A stretch of DNA of 64,000 bases. Source: Glaucostegus cemiculus (lineage: Eukaryota). Under the pieces are notes generated by a model, which was not told where the DNA came from, searched no databases, and worked only from the letters and a program-made list of their open reading frames with translations. The DNA lies in contig CDPCPM010000317.1 of NCBI GenBank assembly GCA_976551045.1, positions 930,001 through 994,000 of the forward strand, given 5' to 3'. This document shows, piece after piece, positions 56,508 to 64,000 of the stretch (position 1 is the stretch's first letter; each line of letters begins with the position of its first letter). A program made the translations under genes and the position numbers.

Positions 56508-58057
56508 GTTGGCAAATTCTTTTGGCATACAGAACTACTGGTTTTGAAGATATTTTCTGCTACCATTTTTAAAAAAAATGTTTTGCCTCCAGATTCCAGT
56601 TAGTAATTCCACTGTAATTAGCTGCAAATTTTATGTAGATTTCCTGTGATTAGTTGTTATTTTCCTTTCACATTTAACCTATTAGTTATCTCAAATTTCA
56701 GTTTAAGACTGGTGGCTCATGGAATATGTAGTGCAGCTTTAGTGGGATTGAACTAGCATTTCTGGGGTTGAGTTCAAATTCTATTATGTGTTCAGAAACT
56801 CAGTTTGACAAATCCTGGAGTTTTATTGGCCACATTAAAAAAAAAAAACACTAGATATTGTTAAGGAAAATTTTGGCTATATGAGGAAATGGAGTGACCA
56901 CCTGTACTTGGCCAGCATAGAACTCCAGTCACATTGGTTTGTTTTAGTCCTGAAAATAATCGTAAGTCACTGTATTATGAAGATGAGTGTCATTCAAACA
57001 TGGTAAATTCAGTGTATATCCTCTTTCCCTCTCCACCCCCCACCCCCAAATATCTACAGCATTAAACTTATTATATTTATTATAGAATCTATTTGTTCTC
57101 TTATTAGAGTCATCAGGTCTCTTGGCCAACTGAGCTATTTGGGAAGCATCATGGCCCAGCTAATTTCTGTTGAACAGCCGCACATTCCTAGGGTTATTAA
57201 ATAAAATAGTTTTCACTTTCATAAAATTATTAATTTCCCTCTCCCTAATGTATGTGTCAAAGCCAATGAGAGCATTACTACAGTTGCTCTTTACTGGAAA
57301 TCTTCTAATAGAAGTGAAGCTAGAATCTCCTGTATTCTTGAGCCTTCATTGGTTACACTGCTGGGTCTCCTTCCAACCACTTTTTTTTGAGGGAATGAAA
57401 TACCTATCTGAAATGTAATTAAAAAGCAACAAGTGCAAATGTTGGATATCTGAAATTAAATAGTGGAAATGCCCAACAAAATTGGGGAGCCTTCATGCAG
57501 ATAAAGCCAAATGTTAATGTTTCAGGTCAATGACCTTTCAACAGAATTCTCAATGCTGCTCAATTTGCAGAGTGTAAGCAGCATTTTGGTTTCTTTATTG
57601 CCTAGGCGTAGTTTAATATTCAATTATTGTGATTTGGAGGGGGGGTTAAGAGGAGGAGAGATGATTAAATGGTCATGTTAATCTTTAGTGTGACTTCAAC
57701 TAAGGGTAGGAAATACGTTTTGTAGCACAATAAGAACCTATTTGGTCTTTAGTCCAAGTCCCCTGATCTTTCACCACACTTCTGCAAACTTGGAGGAAGT
57801 ATGAATGTAATATTATGCAGAGCTGAGACATTTTCTTGTGGTAACAATTGGATCCATTGTTGCATGCACTTGAATTCATCAGGGCTCTAATTCAGCATAT
57901 CTGCCTATTAAGATTATGGTGGGAGTCAGTCAAACTGAGATTACACAACTTGCTACCTGAAAATATTCAACATTGCAGTCCCAGACAACCTGAATACAGG
58001 GCAACACCTATGCGTGGGAAATGGATTGTTAACTTTTATTTTGTGCTCTTCTATTAG

Positions 58058-58237
58058 GAAATTGGACGGATTTCTATTGAAATGCATGGTACGCTGGAAG
58101 ACCAGTTAAATCAACTGAAGCAGTATGAGAACAGTATCATCAATTATAAACCCAATATTGACAGGTTAGAGCAGGACCATCAACTCATCCAGGAAGCCCT
58201 CATCTTTGACAACAAGCATACCAACTACACCATGGAG
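58058..58237 (+). CDS. ACTN4: ACTN4 exon 17 (180 nt): [17 protein letters not shown]...[12 protein letters not shown]
   Basis: ctattag|GAA ... GAG|gtaatg. Confidence 0.97.
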
Positions 58238-58819
58238 GTAATGATTATGGTTTCTTTGCAGATGATTTCATCTTGTATTTAAAATCAGTAGCAGTATTCC
58301 TACTGTACAGGAAGTTGAATCTTTCTAGCTTTGTATAGACGTCAGCTTCACTTCCCACTCCCCCTTGTGGGAAGGTTTTATTGATTAGTCATGCACATCC
58401 CATGGCAAAGTAGTATCTCTTGAAAGGAGGATAAATCTGCTGATCTGTCTCTTGATTTGATTTTCTCCTTGCAAAAAAAAAAAGTAATCTTGATTTACCA
58501 CTTAGACTGAATACATAGTGATTATGGACCAAAGATCTAAAGATTTTGTATTAAGTTTAATTGACATTAATTTACACTATTGCTACATTTCAGCAGTAAT
58601 ATAATTTGAAGTCACTGTTTGACAAACTGTCACCAGCCCTGACAAAGTATTGGAAAAGTTATTGTAACAGTTTGAAATGTACAGGGGAAGTGATTCTGCC
58701 TATTTCCCCTGTGTTGATTCTTTCTGATATATCCATATTTGGTTTCTTTGAAATACTTGTGCATCATCTTCCACTAATATTCGAGGCAGTGTTTTCCATC
58801 GATAACTAGCATAACACAG

Positions 58820-58896
58820 TTTCCTCCTCTCTCTCCTCTCCCTCTTCTTCCTGGTGTTTTTCTCCTCCCTTTCTCTCCCCTCCCCCTCCCCCTCCC
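58820..58896. repeat. CT-rich low-complexity polypyrimidine tract
   Basis: Direct read. Confidence 0.8.
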
Positions 58897-59815
58897 AAAG
58901 TATTATTTTACTAATTTTCTTACGTCTCATTTGAAGCTTTCTCCCTAACTATTTGATCCAAACCCTTCATAATTTTGAACTCTTCCATTAAACTTTCTTT
59001 TTGTCTTCTGTGGTCTAAGGAGTGCCACCAGCTTTACTAGTCCCGCCTCATTCGTCCTTCCTTTTAATTTAGTAAATGTCTTGTGCACTCTAGTGTTGGA
59101 CATTTTCTAAGCAAGGTGCTCAGAAGTGGATACCCCTTGTCCTGGTGAAGCTTATTAATGAGTTGAGGACTGCCCTAACTTCCTAGCTTTCGTAATTGAA
59201 ATTTGTAAAAAGAAGTTTGCATTCATAAGCCTGTCTTGTGTAACGTGTAGCCTCAGTCCTACTGTAAATTGGCACTGTCCCAGTTTGACCCATTCTTTTT
59301 AATGCTTAAGTATTTGATACCATTGAGGTTGTCTGTGCCAGATTGAGAATTGAAATTAGTGATGATTAGGTAGTTTTTAGAGTTCAGGCAGCATGGCATT
59401 TAGTTGTGAAACTTGAAGGGCTTGTAATATGCCCAAGTGAGCTGCTGTGCAATATTTTTCTTAGCATCCATTGGCATTTTAAAGGTTTGCATAAGGAAAA
59501 TTAGTGAATGGTGCCCTTGCATTTTGAACAGTATACATGTGTTTCTTTTCCTAACTATGCTTCAAGTCTGTGCTATGCTTGTTACTACTTGAAAGCTCTA
59601 GATTCTGCACTGCTTTGATGCATTGTACCTTGGGCAATAGATTACACCTTGTGCCTAATGCGAGCTCTCATTTTCAAGGCACATAGTCCTCCTTGGATCT
59701 GGAAAGCTGTAAGGTGTGAAGGCCTTATGGAGCAGAATATGGAGTATTGATTAGATCTGATTTACTTCCTGCCAAAGTTGAATGTATTAACACCTTGGCT
59801 TGCTTTTTGTTTTAA

Positions 59816-60025
<210 letters not shown>

Positions 60026-60359
60026 TAATGCCACTGTGGTATCTGTGGAATTGTTAAGTTTGATTTTAGTAGTCATCATAATGCAGCAGCATATTATAAC
60101 CTGCAGATGTAGCTGCACGTCCAGTGTACAGCATGCTGAAGTTGTAGGCACTGAGGTATACTTAAGGCCTGGTTATTTGCTGAACATGCACAACGTGGCT
60201 TGTGTAGTTTTGCTAATTGGATTTCAGCATTTCCACACATTAAACCTAGATTTGGCACTGGGTTTGAGGTATAAGGGTATCTCTCAATGTAGATCCATGA
60301 TCATTACAGGCCCTCCAGCTTGATGCTTTGCATGAAACTGGCACTTGCTTTCACAACAT

Positions 60360-60600
60360 TTGTCTCTTGTGGAGGAATTTGGAACTAGGGGGATAGTTTT
60401 AGAATGAAGTGATACCTGTTTAATGTGGAGATGAGTGTTTATGGGATTGAGTCTTCAGAATTCTGTACTTCTGTTGAACATAGGCAAGGCTGACGTACGG
60501 GCTGTAGGAGGATGTGTTGTGGGGAAATGGGTAGGAAAGTGGTGTTGATCTTGCTGAGTAGTGGAGTAGGTTTGGGGATGGGGGTGTGACTACTCATTAT
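60360..60600 (+). mobile_element. Decayed CR1 3' fragment
   Basis: GGAACTAGGGGGATAGTTTTAGAATGAAG...TTTAATGTGGAGATGAG resembles the 'TRGHSL...F.TEMR' segment. Confidence 0.5.
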
Positions 60601-63600
60601 GAAAATTCACTGGAAGAAATTACCAGTTAATCTGCTATGAAGATAAACTGATTAAAGATTTTAAATGTGTATAATCCATTGCCCGGTCTTAAAAGGATTT
60701 TCCAATATATTCTGCAGTGGTTAGCTGAATCAATGTGCAGTGGGAGAATTTGTATTGAATGCAGTATTTATAATCTGCCAAGCAGCAGTTACATTGATTC
60801 AGGCGAAGGGTGTGGCTGTGCAGCAGCTGTTTACATTCATTACTGCCAGGGTAGGATTTTTTGTGCTGAGTCTGCTTCCCTGGTCAGCAAGAATTAGCAG
60901 TGACTTCTCTCCTGAAGGCAGGTGATATCAAAACTGTTCAGTTTTGCAAGATGCCCAAGACTTGATGTTTTTAAGTTCTCCACAGTATTTGTACTAAACT
61001 CTCTCTCTAGTACAATGGTGCATTATTGCTGAACTGGGTAGGAGACACAAATGATATTTAATTTTGAGTGGAGAAAACTGAATTCCAAAGCATGGGTGTT
61101 TAGTTTTTTGTTTGTGGGGTGGGAAGGGCAGAGGAGGTTTCTTTATATATCCAAGATAGTCACTCTGAATTAATTTGGAATATGTGGCCTGCTGACCACT
61201 TCACAAAAATATTTGCAGGCTTTTGTCATCTTGGCATTTATGAACCAGGAAGATATTTTTTCAAAGGAGTTCATTTCATATGTACTGAGTAAGTTGGAGG
61301 AAGGCACGCTTCCTGCTATACAGTAAAACTTTGGTATTTAGTTATTCAAATGATTCAGCATCCAGAGCACTCGGTAATACATTTTAAGTCCTTATTATTC
61401 ACAGACCAATAAATTGGTAATGTATTGTGAGGAACATGGGTACATTTGGGCCCGAACTGGGGTGTGGAGTGTGGCCGGAGTTGGGCTTGGGAATGTAGGG
61501 AGTCAGGAATGTTTGCAGCTGGGACGAGTGTCAAGAGTGTGGGCTGGGTGAAACACATGTTGAAACTTGCAAACTGAAACTCACCAGGTTGTTTCCTGTG
61601 CTTCCTTAACTCATCAGGGCACAGCTTCTTGCTGCCTGTAAGCTTGCTGGGTTCACTGGCAAATTTATTATATTACAGTGTTAGATGTAGAAACAAGTAT
61701 GTCAGTGTTATACAAGTAACATCCAATAGTCTGGGAACTTTGCTAGTCTGGCACCACTCTTGAGGGTGCTTGATTATCAGTTTTACTGTATTTGAGTTGC
61801 AATCATGTCATTGTACAAAGAATTTAGAAACTCTGCTTGTAGGGCAAATCAAGTCTTTTGTTTAGGTCCATTTTAGTGCAAGGCAGAAAAAAGGAATAGA
61901 ACAGAACAAATCCATAAAGTAGTTGTATGAACATAAATAACTGGCATCCACATTGTTTTACGTCAATAAGAGAAGTCTCGCGTGGTCAGAACTGAATGGT
62001 CTTTGTTGTATTACTCACTGCACTGGTTAGTTCTCTCTGAACAAATTTTTTAAAATATTAGATGTTCAGCACCTGTGAATCTTTTCAACTTCCACAGATT
62101 TCCTTAATCTGAAAAATGGTGGATAATTTATGGAATTGTATAATTCTTTCCATTTCCTTTGTCCCCTCTTAAAGTTGTGTACTTACAATAGATATTATAA
62201 CTTCAGAGAAAAATATGGCAATTACATAATTGTTGGGCTGCTTATAAAATGGGCATTGTGGTTGATTTTTTTTCACTTGCCTGTTTTAATCTGTGCTGTT
62301 GCATTATTCTGAAATTATGCTGCTGAGTTTTGGGGTTAAGCAGGAAGTTGCTTTGACACCTTTAAATATAACTTGAAAAGTATAGATTCACTTTGATCTT
62401 CATCTAGTGAGTTGCACTTTACAAAAGAACTTGCTCAAGAGTCAGGGTGTGCTCTTCTCCATATGATCCTACAGAATTACAACATTGACTTCTCTTTTCA
62501 AGCCTGTATATTGTACTTGGCCTACTTGTCTGTCACCTTTTAAGGGATTTCCTGCTGTTAGAGTACCACCTAGATCAGCATTTTTTTGCTGTTGAAAAGC
62601 TACTAAACAGCTTTGTTCTATAAGGGAAAAATTTACAAGACTTCACTGGGCACCCTAGATGTTCTATTTTAGGCTTGGCACACAAGTGAGCGTATTTCAC
62701 CAGTTCAAGCTGTTGTAAGCATCTTAAGTCATTGGCATTATATTTTGTTTGGGGAGCCCTGATGCTGTTAAGACTCCAGTCCAGATTTTTGTTTTAACAT
62801 TGCAAGAGGATTCAAAGATAGCAGATTGCATGCATCTCAGTTCTACAATTTAAAATAAAAACCCAGTCGATTAGTTGATGCTGCTTGAAGACTTTTGGTA
62901 TCAGTGAGAAATCTAATTTCCATGTAACTGAATATATAATAAACCTCTAGTATAGTGATAACTGTTAATTAAACCAGATAATTGAGAGAACTAGTTAACC
63001 AAAGATGGGTTTTATTATGTTAACTATTTTATAGTCTGGCTGTAATTTCTGCATTTGTGTTAGGCAGGTCATGCTTATGGTTCAGATAGTTTATCCAGTG
63101 TGAGTTGTGCACAATAGAAAGGTGCTAGGTTTTGTGCAGCCTCAACTGAAGTAGGTAGAAGAAATGGAAGGTTCTTGTACTTTGCTCCAGCAATTCTTTT
63201 GTTTCCTGCTTATGAAATACTGCTCCCTCCACAATCCCTTGCATCTGCTCTCCAAAGCTTACTTTTGGCCACTTTGTAATATGATTCACCTAAGCATTAG
63301 CACCATCAAAAGAAAGGAATTAGTAAGCAGAAGGAGGGCAGTCCAGCCAAAATGCCTTTCAATTTTCCTTCCTTTCAATAGAGTTCTGTTGGGAGCCAAC
63401 TACCTTCTGGCACCTTGAGTGACTACAGCATGTAACTTTTCTGCCTTGTATGTCAGACACTTGGATTATGGAAGCCATTCTGACTAGCCCCAATCTGCTT
63501 TGATTTGGATTGTCAGAAGAAAAGTTGCTTGTGTACGTTCAAAACAAATGTCTTCTGCATTTACAACCTGTTTATTGTAATATTCCTTACTATATGAATT

Positions 63601-64000
63601 AGAAAAAACAAAATATGATTTGGACAATAAATAATGTTACATCCTTTAAAGAGGCTCATACTTGGCTGCATCTTGAAGCATTTGTGCATATTTTATGGTG
63701 CAGTCACAAAGCTGAGCTATTGCGGTTCAATAACCACTGACAAATGTAGATGTATTTATACATCTTTGGCACACTACTTGTAGATGAGTCAAACCCTTTA
63801 CTGATCTAATGGTCTTGACATTAGTGGCTGCAACACACTAGAATTGTTGGTGGAAAAAGATGTTTTTAATTGATGAATGAAATAATCTCTGAACAGCTCA
63901 TTGTTTGTCTCATTTCTTCTAGGATGTATTACAATCAGTATTCAAAGGTGGAAAACCTAATCCAGTTAGGACAGAAATGCCCTTCAGGGGAAGTAGTGTT

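Overview
Eukaryotic, AT-rich vertebrate genomic DNA. The repeat content (HE1/V-SINE-like, HER1/CR1-like, DeuSINE-like, Rex1-like and Penelope-like elements) points to a cartilaginous fish (shark or ray). The whole window lies inside one + strand gene, alpha-actinin-4 (ACTN4): more than 20 kb of intron 1, then coding exons 2-18 with GT-AG boundaries and consistent phases (CH1-CH2 actin-binding domain, four spectrin repeats, start of the EF-hand region). Exon 1 and exons 19 onward are outside the window. The most interesting part is the tandem mutually exclusive exon pair 8a/8b (37756-38121). It is flanked by duplicated GGCATGATGC (RBFOX-type) elements that can form competing RNA stems, one of which loops out exon 8b. 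Both mis-spliced products hit immediate stops, and a possible decayed third exon-8 copy lies downstream. Inverted repeat pairs bracket phase-0 exon blocks (2-6 and 2-10) that would give stop-free circRNAs. Almost all ORFs in the supplied track are spurious, exon read-throughs or retroelement remnants. Repeat boundaries and family names were assigned by eye and are approximate.
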